Notes: a model not told the origin generated them from the letters alone. A DNA stretch of 64,000 nucleotides from Planctomycetota bacterium (GCA_965223265.1 OZ244999.1:5120001-5184000), one strand, 5' to 3'; counted from the stretch's first letter, positions 29,487-40,595 are shown. Numbers and translations are program-made.

Positions 29487-32411
29487 TCACGAGCAAGCGG
29501 TGTACTCCGCGCAGCTCACCCTGTCCGTCGCTGCGTCCGTTCCACAGGCACCCTGAGGTGGCGCCGGCGCCGGGCCGCCCCGAAAGAGTGAGTTCAGGAG
29601 ATAGATCGCGTCGTTGACATGGATCGCACCGTCGTCGTCCACGTCCGCGGTCTTACGGCAGGTGATACGCGCGCCGTCGAACAAGTAGAGGAGAATCGAC
29701 ATGGCGTCCGCAGCGTCGAGCCCGCTATCGGCATTCACGTCCCCGCGCACAAACGGCTCCGGATTCACCACCCAGAGGGTGCGCCCGAAGTCATCGTCCA
29801 AGGCGCTAAAGAACAACTTGCCGCCAGCGACGACAAGTTCGCGGGGAAACGAAGAATCAGGCCCCACCGAAAAGTCACGCACGAGCTCCGTTCCCTCCGT
29901 CGTGCCGTCGCTGCGCCAAAGCTCCCACCCGGTCTCCCTGCGCTCGCCGACGAAGTAGAGAACGCCGTCGACGTTGATGAACTCGCGTGGACCATCGGGC
30001 AGAAGAAAACCGAGGTCACGCCACCCATCAGCGAGCCTCACGGTGCCCGCCGCGGTACCGTTGCTCTTCCATAGATCGATGGGACTGCCGTGGAATCTCT
30101 GAGTCGTAAAGAACAGCTCGCCGTTGACGACAGCCGTTTCACTATAGAAAAATGTATGAGCGCGCAATGAACTGACGAAGCGCGATCCGCCGGCGCTACC
30201 ATCGCTCTTCCAAAGCCCGGTACGGTCGTTGCTTGCGGCGTCAGCGAAAAAGAACAAAGTGTCATCGACGATCGAGAGGTGCTTTGGCCACGAGCTCTCC
30301 TGGCCAGGCTGCAAATCGTCCAGAAGCGTCGTTCCGCTCTCCGTGCCGTCGCTGACCCAAAGCTCGGTGCCGAAATCTTCATTCTCCGCGGCGAAAAAGA
30401 CTCGATTTCCCGTCACTGCGAGCTGGCTACGAAGCGCGCCGTGTAGGAGGAACGTCCCCTCCGCCGTGCCATCGCTGCGCCAAAGCGTCCGACCGTTGAC
30501 GACGAAGAGCAGCCTCTCGCCGGACGTGAGTCCGGCAAAGAACTCAGGGAACGAGGCCACTTCGACGGTGCCTCCACCTGTCCCATCGCTTCGCCAAAGC
30601 GTCCGACCGATCACGAAATACAGTGCGTCGCCAAGGCTCGTGAAACGCCGTGGAGCGGTCGGAAGTGAGGTCACGGCGACTGTGCCATCGGCGCTGCCGT
30701 CGCTCTTCCAAAGCTCGTTGCCCGGGCCAAAGAAGAACACGTCTTCGCCTAAGCGACCGAGTTCGGCGGGCCCCGTCGCATTGCGGCCGCGGTGGACGTC
30801 TGCAACGAGCACCGTCCCCGCAGCGCTCCCGTCAGTCACCCAGAGTTCGCGACCGTGAATGCCATCGTCCGCAACAAAATAGACTCGATCGCCGACCGCG
30901 CGCAGCGCTTGTGGAATCGATCCACTGCGATCCGATTCGAGATCCTTGACCATCGAAGTAGATTCTTTGGAGCCCGCCGTACGCCAGAGTTCGCACCCAT
31001 GGACTCCATCGTTCGCACCGAAGTAAACGGATTCTTCGAGAACAACGCCAAGGGCGCCGCAAATTGATCCCGACGGGCCTTCACGAATGTCTTTCACGAG
31101 CGAGACGCCCTCGCTCCTCGCGTCGATTCGCCAAAGCTCAGCGCCGAGGTTCGACACGGGGTCATTGCCGACGAATAAGACCGAATCGCCAAGGCTCAGA
31201 AGTGATTTCGCCGTGACGCCGTCAGGGCCCGGTACGAAGTCAGTTAGCATGCGCGTCCCGACGGCGGTGCCGTCGCTGACCCACACCTCAGATCCGTGCA
31301 CCCCATCATCAGCCAAGAAAAACAGCCCTCCCCGAAATGGTGTCAGCAGCTGCGGCGAGGCGAGTGTGTCCATCTCGGGATGGATGTCGCGGACGAGCGT
31401 CGTCGACTCGGCAGTGCCCTCGCTCCTCCATAATTCGCGACCGCTCGGCCCGCCGTCTGCGGTAAAAAACAGTGTGCCGTTCACGTCGGTCAATGCTGTA
31501 GGAGCCGACGATGCGGCGCCTGGTCGAACGTCTGCCACCAGCTCCGTGCCTGCGGCTGTGCCGTCACTCTTCCACAGCTCGGTGCCGCTAGCGCTGTGAG
31601 TTGCCGCGAAGAAAAGAGCCCCCGCCACTTCGGCGAAGCCGTGCGGAACGGAGTCACCGTCAGGATTGATGTTGCGGACCAGCGCCGTCCCAGCCCGCGT
31701 CCCGTCCGTAGCCCAAAGCTCGCGGCCATGCTCAAGGTCGCCGACGGTGAAGTACGCGCGACTGCGGTAGCTGAACAGCTCGCTGCCATGGCGACGCTGA
31801 CGGCTCACGGATTGGATCTTGTGCGTACCCACGGGACGCCCATCGTTCGACCAGAGCTGAGTGTCCTGTGTCGAGCTGAAGACAAAGACGACCCGGTTCC
31901 CCAACGTGGCGATGTCATGCACTCTCCCAACGTTGCCAGCAGGTCCGTCGGGAAATCGCCGGAAGATGTCATAGGTTCCTTCCGTCGTTCCGTCGCTACG
32001 CCAGACTCTATCGCTCGCGGGATAGAGGACGTCGTAGTCCTGGACAGAGTGCGAGATGAGGAAATACACGCCGCCGTCAAACGGCGTCAAAAGCGACACG
32101 TCGGTCCAAGAAGTCGCGCCTGGGATGTCCACGTGCAACGGAATCTCTCTCACGGTCCGCGTTCCCGAAGCGCTACCGTCCGACTGCCAAAGCACCGGAG
32201 CCGTGTACGCGTTCTGAAAGAAAAAGATCCTATCGCCCGAGCGACAAAAGTGGGACGGCCAGGACGCGAACGTGCCACTCGGGTTGATCTCAGCGACGCG
32301 AACAGGATCTGCACCGGCCGCGGCAGATGAACTCAACAAGACGAGAGCGGCCTGCAAGAGAGCGAAAGACGACGCGGACACGCTTCGGCGAACTCCCAGG
32401 GACCATTCCAT
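29487..32411 (-). CDS. ELWxxDGT repeat protein with C-terminal dockerin-like domain
   Basis: More than ten ELWxSDGT repeats; FVRGDVNADSGLDAAD. Start uncertain (32411 or 32447). Confidence 0.92.
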   Translation of the reverse strand: MEWSLGVRRSVSASSFALLQAALVLLSSSAAAGADPVRVAEINPSGTFASWPSHFCRSGDRIFFFQNAYTAPVLWQSDGSASGTRTVREIPLHVDIPGATSWTDVSLLTPFDGGVYFLISHSVQDYDVLYPASDRVWRSDGTTEGTYDIFRRFPDGPAGNVGRVHDIATLGNRVVFVFSSTQDTQLWSNDGRPVGTHKIQSVSRQRRHGSELFSYRSRAYFTVGDLEHGRELWATDGTRAGTALVRNINPDGDSVPHGFAEVAGALFFAATHSASGTELWKSDGTAAGTELVADVRPGAASSAPTALTDVNGTLFFTADGGPSGRELWRSEGTAESTTLVRDIHPEMDTLASPQLLTPFRGGLFFLADDGVHGSEVWVSDGTAVGTRMLTDFVPGPDGVTAKSLLSLGDSVLFVGNDPVSNLGAELWRIDARSEGVSLVKDIREGPSGSICGALGVVLEESVYFGANDGVHGCELWRTAGSKESTSMVKDLESDRSGSIPQALRAVGDRVYFVADDGIHGRELWVTDGSAAGTVLVADVHRGRNATGPAELGRLGEDVFFFGPGNELWKSDGSADGTVAVTSLPTAPRRFTSLGDALYFVIGRTLWRSDGTGGGTVEVASFPEFFAGLTSGERLLFVVNGRTLWRSDGTAEGTFLLHGALRSQLAVTGNRVFFAAENEDFGTELWVSDGTESGTTLLDDLQPGQESSWPKHLSIVDDTLFFFADAASNDRTGLWKSDGSAGGSRFVSSLRAHTFFYSETAVVNGELFFTTQRFHGSPIDLWKSNGTAAGTVRLADGWRDLGFLLPDGPREFINVDGVLYFVGERRETGWELWRSDGTTEGTELVRDFSVGPDSSFPRELVVAGGKLFFSALDDDFGRTLWVVNPEPFVRGDVNADSGLDAADAMSILLYLFDGARITCRKTADVDDDGAIHVNDAIYLLNSLFRGGPAPAPPQGACGTDAATDRVSCAEYTACS

Positions 32412-32729
32412 CTCCTGCCTCCGCAATCTACACCCGGCGATCTGCACCCGGCGAGCGACTCACCGCGGTCGCGTGTGCAGCTGTCGTGTCCGATCCTAAG
32501 GGTGACATCTCGCAGTGCCAAATTTCTTTTTCAGCCAGGGCTGGACACGACCCGCGGACGGAAGGAGAGCGCGCATAAGCGTTCCTCGCGTCTTCCAGGC
32601 GAACAGGATGGCTTCGGCGTGCACTTCGACGGTATGGTAGCCTACGTTCGCGCAAGCGTCCGTCACGCGATGCTCAGCAATGCTCCAAATCCCCACGACG
32701 ACTCCGTCTCCCGAGGTCTCGTTCTTCCC

Positions 32730-33767
32730 ATGGAATCGATCGACGTCTTCTGCCACGTGCTCCCGCCCGAGTACTGCGACGCCGCGAACCGTGCCGCCAA
32801 GCGACCCCTCCACATGTTCGCGCGGGCGCAGGAAATCGAGGTCATGGTCAACCTCGACGCGCGCCGCCGCGTCATGGATCGGTTTCCCGGCTACCGCCAG
32901 ATCCCGAGTTTGGCGTCGCCGCCGCCCGAGATGATCACGACGCCCGACGAGTCCCCCGACTTGGCGCGGCGCGCCAACGATGCTCTCGCCGAGATGGTGC
33001 GTGGCGACCCGGAACGTTTTCCCTCGTTCGTGGCGACGCTACCGCTCAACAATCCCGACGCCAGCTTGAGAGAGATCGACCGTGCCGTCGGCGAGCTCGG
33101 CGCCGCGGGCGTGCAGGTCTACACTAGCGTCGAGGGCAAGCCGCTTGATCAACCAGAGCTCCTCTCCCTGATCGAACACGCCGCGAAACTCGACCGCGCC
33201 GTGTGGCTCCATCCCATCCGGGCCATGAGCGTGCCGGACTATCCGGGCGAAGAGTGCTCGCGCTACGATCTCTGGTGGGCACTCGGTTGGCCGTACGAAA
33301 CCAGCGTCGCTATGGGCCGCCTGGTTTTCTCCGGCCTCTTCGACCGTCATCCCGACCTCGTCCTCATTACCCATCACGCCGGCGGCATGATCCCCATGAT
33401 GGAGGGACGCCTCGACAGCGGACTCGATCTCCTCGGCACGCGTGCGACGCCCGCAACTGCTCACGTCAACGACACGCAGCTCAAGGAAAAACCGATCGAC
33501 GCCTTCCGCCGCTTCCACGCCGACACCGCCTCGTTCGGATCACGCTGCACGATCGAATGCGGACAGTCGTTCTTCGGTACCGACCGTCTCCTCTTCGCCA
33601 CCGACATGCCGTTCGATCCGGAGGAGGGGCCGGGCTACATTCGCGACACGCTGCAGATCCTGAACGAGATGGAACTCACCGAAGCGGAACGCGCGAGCAT
33701 CCTGTCGGAAAACGCACGACGCGCACTGAAGCTGACCCCAAGTGGTGAGGGGAGCAGCACGAACTGA
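32730..33767 (+). CDS. Amidohydrolase_2 family (ACMSD/decarboxylase-like)
   Basis: IDVFCH, VWLHP, THHAGG, LFATDMPF. Confidence 0.88.
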   Translation: MESIDVFCHVLPPEYCDAANRAAKRPLHMFARAQEIEVMVNLDARRRVMDRFPGYRQIPSLASPPPEMITTPDESPDLARRANDALAEMVRGDPERFPSFVATLPLNNPDASLREIDRAVGELGAAGVQVYTSVEGKPLDQPELLSLIEHAAKLDRAVWLHPIRAMSVPDYPGEECSRYDLWWALGWPYETSVAMGRLVFSGLFDRHPDLVLITHHAGGMIPMMEGRLDSGLDLLGTRATPATAHVNDTQLKEKPIDAFRRFHADTASFGSRCTIECGQSFFGTDRLLFATDMPFDPEEGPGYIRDTLQILNEMELTEAERASILSENARRALKLTPSGEGSSTN

Positions 33768-33862
33768 CGCTAGCGCGCGAACGTGATGGCTCACTCCGGA
33801 CTGGCGACAGGCGAGATTCCGCCCTATCATCGAACGGCGAACCCACGATCTTTGGAGCCGCC

Positions 33863-34417
33863 ATGTCCATTCTTGAAAACTCAAGATTCAAGCTCACTTA
33901 TGAAGACTACGTGGCGTTCCCGGAGGACGGTCAGCGCCACGAGATCGTCGATGGATCTCACTGCGTGACGCCCAGCCCTTCCTCGTATCACCAGAGTTTG
34001 ATCGTACGTTTGTGCTATCAGCTCTACGAGAAGGTAGAGAGACGGGGCAAAGGCCGCGTGCTCGCGGCTCCCATGGACGTCCTTCTGACGCCCGTCGACA
34101 TCGTGCAGCCAGACGTCCTGGTCGTCCTCGAGCCGCGAACGGCCGAGATCAAAGAGAAGAACGTCCAATGCGCGCCAGATCTCATCATTGAGGTTCTATC
34201 CGCCGCGACAGCGACGCGTGATCGCCAACTCAAGAAGTCTCTTTACGAGCGCACCGGCGTGGGAGAGTACTGGATCGTCGATCCCGACGCGAAAGCCGTG
34301 GAGCAGCACGTCCGAGCCGAGAGCGGCAGGCCCTACGAGCTCAAAGGCATTGCCGGCGATCGGCTGATCGCGACCGCACTGCCGGACGTTTGCGTGAACC
34401 TGAACGAAGTGTGGTGA
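33863..34417 (+). CDS. Uma2 family endonuclease
   Basis: RHEIVDG, PSPSSYHQ, VQPDV, PDLIIEVLS, GVGEYWIVDP. Confidence 0.92.
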   Translation: MSILENSRFKLTYEDYVAFPEDGQRHEIVDGSHCVTPSPSSYHQSLIVRLCYQLYEKVERRGKGRVLAAPMDVLLTPVDIVQPDVLVVLEPRTAEIKEKNVQCAPDLIIEVLSAATATRDRQLKKSLYERTGVGEYWIVDPDAKAVEQHVRAESGRPYELKGIAGDRLIATALPDVCVNLNEVW

Positions 34418-34582
34418 CGGCCCGGCGATCGATCGCCAGGCGAATGTTCCGCGACGCCAGCGCGCGAACGCTGGGTGGTCCAGAGTGCAGCGAGCGAAAG
34501 GACACCGAACGCACCGCACACGGCTCCGTCGTCTGCAGCTTCTCCGTTGATCGATGTGGAGGGCGCGCACTATGCTGGGTGC

Positions 34583-37078
34583 ATGCGTGCCCCCCTCACA
34601 GCCACACTTCTGAGCGCTCGGCTGCTGTTCGCCGCGGCGATCGCACTTAACTTCTGGAGTCCACTCGCCGCCGAGGCGGAAGAGACCAAGCCAGCCGAAC
34701 TGGCCGACAAGGTCGACTTCGCGCGCGATATCGAGCCGATTCTTCAGAAGCGCTGCCTCAATTGCCACGGCGAAAAAGCGCGCGGCGGGCTTCGCTTGAC
34801 GAGTCGCGCTTTGGCGCTTGAAGGCGGCGATCGCGGACCCGCGCTCGAGCCAGGGAAGAGCGGCGTAAGTCTCCTCGTTGCCGTGGTCACCGAGAAAGAT
34901 CCGGACGAGCTCTTCATGCCGCCCAAGGGCAACAAGCCACTCTCAGTCACCGAGGTACGACTGCTGCGCGCCTGGATCGACCAGGGAGCCGTCTGGCCTG
35001 CCGGCACGACGTCGAACGACGACGGTCGCGACGTCGAACGACACTGGGCTTTTGAGCCGATCGTGCGGCCGGCGGTGCCGAGCGTGTCCCGGGGTGACTG
35101 GGCGCGAAACGAGATCGACCGATTCGTTCTCGCACGCCTCGAGGCGCAGGACATCGCGCCGTCACGGCGCGCCGGCCGCACCGCGCTCGCCCGTCGCCTC
35201 ACGCTCGACCTCACGGGACTGCCGCCGGCCCCCACGGAAGTTGACGCCTTCGTCCGCGATCGCCATCCACACGCTTACGAACGACTCGTGGACCAAGTGC
35301 TCGCCTCGCCAGCCTACGGCGAGCGCTGGGGCCGCCACTGGCTTGACGTCGCACGCTACGCCGACAGCGAGGGCCACGAATTCGATCGCCGGCGCCCGAT
35401 TTGGAAATATCGCGACTGGGTGACGGGCGCGCTCAACCGCGACTTGCCCTTCGACGAGTTCACCGTCGAGCAGCTTGCCGGTGATCTGCTGCCGAACGCG
35501 ACGCGCGCGCAGCGTGTTGCGACCGGCTTCAACCGCAACAACATGGGCGCCGGCCCCGAAGGCGTCGTCGACCGCACCAACACAGTAGGACGCGTTTTCC
35601 TCGGACTCACCCTCGGCTGCGCGCAGTGCCACTCGCACAAGTTCGACCCGATCTCGCAGCGCGAGTACTACCAACTCTTCGCGTTCTTCAACAACTCCGA
35701 CGACCCTCAGCTCGAGTTCGCTACTCCAGACCAGTTAGCTGTTCGCGACAAGATCCGCGAGCAAATCAGTGCGGCCAAGAAGAAACTCGACGTGCGTGGA
35801 GCACAGCTTGCCGAGAAGGTCGACGAGTGGGAAGAGAACCTCAGCGACAAAGACAAGGCGCGACTCGATCCGTCGGTGCGCGCCGTTCTCGACGTGCCGC
35901 GTCCCGATCGTCAGCCGTCACAAGTAGGAAAGCTGCTGCGAGCTTTCCAAAAGACCGATGCAACCTACGTTGAACTCGAAGCGGCGCACGCAGCGATTGC
36001 CAAGACAGAACCGAAATTCGACGCCACGTTGGTGCTGAACGAGCGAGCCCAGCTGCGCCAAACGACCATCTTCATTCGCGGCGATTTTCAGAGCCCGGGC
36101 GACAGAGTCGAACCCGAGGTGCCACGCGTCTTGCCGCGACTCGGATCAAGCGATACGAGCCGGCTTGTCAGCGTGAAAGAGAAGCGGCGGACGCGCCTCG
36201 ATCTGGCGCAGTGGCTGGTCCGGCGCGACCATCCGCTGACTGCGCGCGTCACGGTCAATCGCATCTGGCAGCGCTACTTCGGACTCGGACTCGTGGAGAC
36301 GGAGGACGACTTCGGCACGCAAGGTAAACCGCCGAGCCACCCCAAACTTCTCGACTGGCTGGCCAGCGAGCTTGTCGAGTCGGGCTGGAGTCTCAAGGGC
36401 CTTCACCGCCTCATCGTCACTTCTGCAACCTATCGGCAGTCGTCGCACATGCGTGATGATCTCGCCAGCGTTGACCCGCGCAACCGTTTACTGGCGCGCG
36501 CGCCGCGGCTTCGCCTCGAAGCAGAAGCGGTGCGCGATCAAGCGCTCGCCGTCAGCGGCCTCCTCGATCGCCGCATCGGTGGTCCCGCAGTGTTTCCTTT
36601 TCAATCGGAAGGTGTCATGGATGGCCGCGCTGACAAGTCACCATGGGTCGTGAGCGAGGATTCTGACGCCTACCGGCGCGGCACCTACATCCATTTCTGG
36701 CGCTTGACGCCGCACCCGATGCTCAAAGTCTTCGACGTCCCGGACGCGGTCGAATCGTGCACGCGACGCACACGCTCTAACACGGCGCTGCAGGCGCTCG
36801 CGGCACTGAACCATCCTTGGTTTGTCGACTGCGCCCGTGCACTCGCTAGGCGCCTAGTGTGCGAAGGTGGCAACAATGACGAGGAGCGCGTCGTCGCAGC
36901 GTTTCGCCTATGCCTGGGGCGCGAACCGACGCAGTCTGAGTCGAACGCCATCAACACCCTGCTCAAGGAAGAGCTGGCAGATGCGAGCAGCGCCGCAGCA
37001 CGCGATCGCGACTTGACGGCATGGACCGCGGTCGCGCGCGTGATCCTCAACCTCGACGAATTCCTGACGCGAGAGTAG
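34583..37078 (+). CDS. Planctomycete cytochrome c + DUF1549 + DUF1553 protein
   Basis: CLNCH, HWAF, YGERWGRHWLDVARYADS, CAQCHSHKFDPI, ARVTVNRIWQ, LNLDEFLTRE. Confidence 0.93.
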   Translation: MRAPLTATLLSARLLFAAAIALNFWSPLAAEAEETKPAELADKVDFARDIEPILQKRCLNCHGEKARGGLRLTSRALALEGGDRGPALEPGKSGVSLLVAVVTEKDPDELFMPPKGNKPLSVTEVRLLRAWIDQGAVWPAGTTSNDDGRDVERHWAFEPIVRPAVPSVSRGDWARNEIDRFVLARLEAQDIAPSRRAGRTALARRLTLDLTGLPPAPTEVDAFVRDRHPHAYERLVDQVLASPAYGERWGRHWLDVARYADSEGHEFDRRRPIWKYRDWVTGALNRDLPFDEFTVEQLAGDLLPNATRAQRVATGFNRNNMGAGPEGVVDRTNTVGRVFLGLTLGCAQCHSHKFDPISQREYYQLFAFFNNSDDPQLEFATPDQLAVRDKIREQISAAKKKLDVRGAQLAEKVDEWEENLSDKDKARLDPSVRAVLDVPRPDRQPSQVGKLLRAFQKTDATYVELEAAHAAIAKTEPKFDATLVLNERAQLRQTTIFIRGDFQSPGDRVEPEVPRVLPRLGSSDTSRLVSVKEKRRTRLDLAQWLVRRDHPLTARVTVNRIWQRYFGLGLVETEDDFGTQGKPPSHPKLLDWLASELVESGWSLKGLHRLIVTSATYRQSSHMRDDLASVDPRNRLLARAPRLRLEAEAVRDQALAVSGLLDRRIGGPAVFPFQSEGVMDGRADKSPWVVSEDSDAYRRGTYIHFWRLTPHPMLKVFDVPDAVESCTRRTRSNTALQALAALNHPWFVDCARALARRLVCEGGNNDEERVVAAFRLCLGREPTQSESNAINTLLKEELADASSAAARDRDLTAWTAVARVILNLDEFLTRE

Positions 37079-37080
37079 AC

Positions 37081-38526
37081 ATGAAATCGCCACCGACGAC
37101 ACACGAGCTTCATGCCCGGCGCACGTTTCTCAGTCAGTGCGGCGTCGGCCTCGGGTCGATCGCACTGGCGTCGCTCCTCGGCGACGCGCCTGCGGCGCGC
37201 GCTGATGACGGCGTCGGCGATGCGCTCAAGCGACCACTGACGCCGCGGCCGCCCCACTTCGCGCCGCGCGCCAAGAATGTGATTTGCCTCTTCATGATGG
37301 GCGGGCCGAGTCATCTGGACCTCTTCGACTACAAGCCGGCGCTCGAAAAGTACGACGGCGAGCCAATCCCACCGTCGTACATCGAAGGCGAGCGTTTCGA
37401 GCAGATCAAAGACGCGGCTCCGAGGATCATGCGCGGGCCGTGGTCGTTCGCGCGCTATGGCGAGTGTGGTGCGCACGTCTCGGAGCTCCTTCCTTACACG
37501 AGCGAAATCGTGGATGACCTGACGTTCGTCCGCACCGTGCGGTCGGAGGAGACCGTTCACCCACACGCGCAGCTGTTACTCTTCACGGGACACCGCAACC
37601 CGGGTCGCCCGAGCCTCGGATCTTGGGTCAGCTATGGCCTCGGCAGCGAAGCGGAAGACCTGCCGGCGTTCATCGCCTTCGGCCGCGGCGCCGTGCCGCA
37701 GGCGCACGACGGGCTCTTCGCCAGCGGCTTTTTGCCGTCGAACTATCGCGGCACCCAGTTTCGCAATCGTGGCGCGCCGGTCCTCAATTTGGCTGACCCC
37801 GAAGGTGTCTCGCGGCGCAGCACCAAGCGCGTCATCGACACCATCAACAGACTCAACGCCGAGCGATTGAATGTCGTCGGCGACCCAGAGATCGCCTCGC
37901 GCATCTCAGCCTACGAGCTCGCCTTTCGCCTCCAGGCGAGCGCACCGGACCTGATCGATCTGCGCGGTGAGAGCCAAGCGACGCTGGATCTTTACGGCGC
38001 GGACTTGGAGAAGCCGTCGTTCGCACTCGACTGCATCCTGGCACGGCGGATGGTCGAGCGCGGCGTGCGTTTCGTGCAGCTGCACTTCGGCGATTGGGAT
38101 CATCACGGCAACATCGTCAACGCCTTCCCACCGATGTGCCGCACCATCGACCAGGGCTGCGCCGCACTCATTAAGGATCTCAAAGCGCGCGGCCTGCTCG
38201 ACGAGACGCTCGTCGTTTGGGGTGGGGAATTCGGTCGCACGCCTGTGGCGCAGCCGCAAAAGATCGGCCGCGTCGGTCGCGACCACCACGTGCACGCATT
38301 CACCATTTGGATGGCTGGCGGCGGGGTCAAGCCGGGCACTAGCGTCGGCGTTACGGACGACCTCGGTTTTCACCCAGTCGAAGATTCCATCCACGTACAC
38401 GATCTGCAGGCGACGATCCTCCACCTCCTCGGTCTCGACCATGAACGCCTGACGTATCGCTTCCAAGGGCGCGACTTCCGCCTAACTGACGTCGGCGGAG
38501 AGGTGGTGGAAAAGGTGATGAGCTAG
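37081..38526 (+). CDS. DUF1501 domain protein
   Basis: ARRTFL, PRAKNVICLFMMGGPSHLDLFDYKP, WGGEFGRTP, GRDHH; usual partner of DUF1553. Confidence 0.93.
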   Translation: MKSPPTTHELHARRTFLSQCGVGLGSIALASLLGDAPAARADDGVGDALKRPLTPRPPHFAPRAKNVICLFMMGGPSHLDLFDYKPALEKYDGEPIPPSYIEGERFEQIKDAAPRIMRGPWSFARYGECGAHVSELLPYTSEIVDDLTFVRTVRSEETVHPHAQLLLFTGHRNPGRPSLGSWVSYGLGSEAEDLPAFIAFGRGAVPQAHDGLFASGFLPSNYRGTQFRNRGAPVLNLADPEGVSRRSTKRVIDTINRLNAERLNVVGDPEIASRISAYELAFRLQASAPDLIDLRGESQATLDLYGADLEKPSFALDCILARRMVERGVRFVQLHFGDWDHHGNIVNAFPPMCRTIDQGCAALIKDLKARGLLDETLVVWGGEFGRTPVAQPQKIGRVGRDHHVHAFTIWMAGGGVKPGTSVGVTDDLGFHPVEDSIHVHDLQATILHLLGLDHERLTYRFQGRDFRLTDVGGEVVEKVMS

Positions 38527-38634
38527 CGCTAGCTGTTCGGACGAATCCGCGAAGGCGCGCTGCAACTCCATCGCACGCTCGGGACCTTCTGTGCCGCTCC
38601 TCTGTTGAGAAGCGCAACCACACGGTATAATTGA

Positions 38635-39228
38635 GTGGTTCACGCACCGAACGAGAATCCCCAATCGTCGAGGCGAAACGTGCGACAGCACCTCCAGGAC
38701 GGCCGCAGCTCCTATACGATCGTCACCGATCGAGTATCTCTCGTCGCGGCTCTACGGCAGCGAGGAATCGAGTACCTCGCGCCGAGCGACGCCGCCGGCG
38801 ATCGACCACTCGATGACGAATCTCTCATCGCCAGCCTCGCCTGCCACGACGACTGCCGCGTGCGTCAGGCGCTGATCGCGCTTTTTCTCCTCGAGCCTGA
38901 TTTGTCGCGTCACGTCGCACGACTCGAGCAGTCTCTGCCACCCGCCCCCGCTTGCGAGCTCGTCGCCTACTACATGGCGGCAGTTTACTTGCAGACCATG
39001 TGGAGCGTTCGTCTGCGGCGTTATCTCGGGAGACAACCCGCGCTTGCAGACGAATTCTCAACCGCTCTCGGCCTCCCTGACCGCTGTGAGGGTCTCGGTA
39101 AGGTCGGCCTCCACGCGCTCTCCGACTGGCACAACGCTCGCCTCAGAACGAGTGCCAATCGCCTATCTGAGTACGAGGGCGTCGTGGATCTGCTCTTTGC
39201 CGACCTGAAGCGGCGGCACCGCAGATGA
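38635..39228 (+). CDS. Hypothetical helical protein coupled to a nucleotidyltransferase (start uncertain)
   Basis: ATGA overlap with the next gene; TATAAT at 38626-38631. Confidence 0.7.
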   Translation: MVHAPNENPQSSRRNVRQHLQDGRSSYTIVTDRVSLVAALRQRGIEYLAPSDAAGDRPLDDESLIASLACHDDCRVRQALIALFLLEPDLSRHVARLEQSLPPAPACELVAYYMAAVYLQTMWSVRLRRYLGRQPALADEFSTALGLPDRCEGLGKVGLHALSDWHNARLRTSANRLSEYEGVVDLLFADLKRRHRR

Positions 39229-39794
39229 GCCTCCGCGCCAATGTCGATCGCGACCGCATGTGCCAGTTCTTCGAAGCGTTAGGTCGCGAGTTCCACGGCT
39301 CGGCACGCATTTATCTTGTCGGCGGAACGACGCTCGTCTACGAAGAGCTCCGTCAGCAGACGCTCGATATCGACCTGGTGATCGAGGTTGACGCCAAAGA
39401 GCATGGTGCCTTGATTCATGCGATTCGTGTCCTCAAGGACCGCCTCTCGGTCAACGTCGAAGAGGCATCACCGGCCGACTTCATCCCTCTCCCTGCCGGA
39501 GTCGACGGCCGGCATCGGTTTATCCAGAGATTCGGTGGAATCGATATCTACCACTTCGACCCCTACAGCAGCTCACTGAGCAAGATCGAACGCGGGCGCA
39601 CTCAAGACCTTGAAGACGTGCTCGCTCTGCTGCGCGCGCGTTACATCTCGTGGGAAGAGCTCGCGCGTGCCTTCAACGAGATTCTGCCCCGAGTCGGCAC
39701 TGAAAGCCTGAAACAGGACCCGGACGAATTCGCAGCCAACTTCCAAGTCGTCGCCAAAATGTGGCGAAGCGAGCGCTCTGAGTCCGTCGAGTAA
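39225..39794 (+). CDS. DUF6036-like nucleotidyltransferase
   Basis: IYLVGGTT...TLDIDL NTase signature; LSKIERGRTQDLEDV. Confidence 0.82.
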   Translation: MSLRANVDRDRMCQFFEALGREFHGSARIYLVGGTTLVYEELRQQTLDIDLVIEVDAKEHGALIHAIRVLKDRLSVNVEEASPADFIPLPAGVDGRHRFIQRFGGIDIYHFDPYSSSLSKIERGRTQDLEDVLALLRARYISWEELARAFNEILPRVGTESLKQDPDEFAANFQVVAKMWRSERSESVE

Positions 39795-39812
39795 GGCGGA
39801 CGCTGGTGGCGC

Positions 39813-40595
39813 TCAAGTCTCCGACGACTCACGCCTTGATGTGCTTTCAAGCCCCATCGAGCGGTGCTGCGCGTTGAGTTCGGCCTGGTATCGCTCCCGC
39901 GCCGCCGCGTCGATGCGACAACTCGCGCCTCTGAAGACCATCGCGAAGGCGCGGCGATGGCGCACCGACGAACGGTTGGGATCGGCTCGATGGATCGTCC
40001 AGCCGTGGTGGACGATGGCGTCGCCCGGCGACAGTTTCATCGGTACTTCGGCTGCTTCGTCCGCGGCGCCGTAGTCAGTGAGACCCTGTGAAAAGCCGAG
40101 GACGTTGCTGACGCCGTGCGGGCGCGCACCGCGGCGGTGCGAACCGGCCACATAGCGCAGACAACCGTTCTCTTCGTCGATCGGATCGAGGGCCAGCCAA
40201 ATCGTCAGCACATTCGGCGGCTCGTACTTGAAGTAGTAGTTGTCCTGATGCGCTGGCGTCGGGTGGTTCGTCCGCGGCGGCTTATTGAACCACTCCGGCG
40301 AATCGCACGACACCCTCTCACCCAGGAGCGCCGTGGCCAGCGCGTTCCACTTCGGGTGGTCTACGCTGCGGCGAAAGTAGTCGTCGCTGCTCATGTGCTG
40401 CAGCTGCTTGAGCGTCTCAGGACGCGAACGATCGTCGTAGAACGCCTGCGAATCCTCGAGCCCGGGCACGACGTCGCAAATGTACCGCTCGAGCTCGGCC
40501 TCAAGCTCCCCAAGTTCGTCCTCGCTCAGGAAGCGCCGCACAACGGCGAACCCGTCACGCTCGAAAGCGGATTTGTATTCGTCGAAGGAACTCAT
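39813..40595 (-). CDS. Phytanoyl-CoA dioxygenase family Fe(II)/2OG oxygenase
   Basis: TPAHQDNYY, WLALD, ENGCL, GSH, TIHRADPNRS. Confidence 0.92.
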   Translation of the reverse strand: MSSFDEYKSAFERDGFAVVRRFLSEDELGELEAELERYICDVVPGLEDSQAFYDDRSRPETLKQLQHMSSDDYFRRSVDHPKWNALATALLGERVSCDSPEWFNKPPRTNHPTPAHQDNYYFKYEPPNVLTIWLALDPIDEENGCLRYVAGSHRRGARPHGVSNVLGFSQGLTDYGAADEAAEVPMKLSPGDAIVHHGWTIHRADPNRSSVRHRRAFAMVFRGASCRIDAAARERYQAELNAQHRSMGLESTSRRESSET

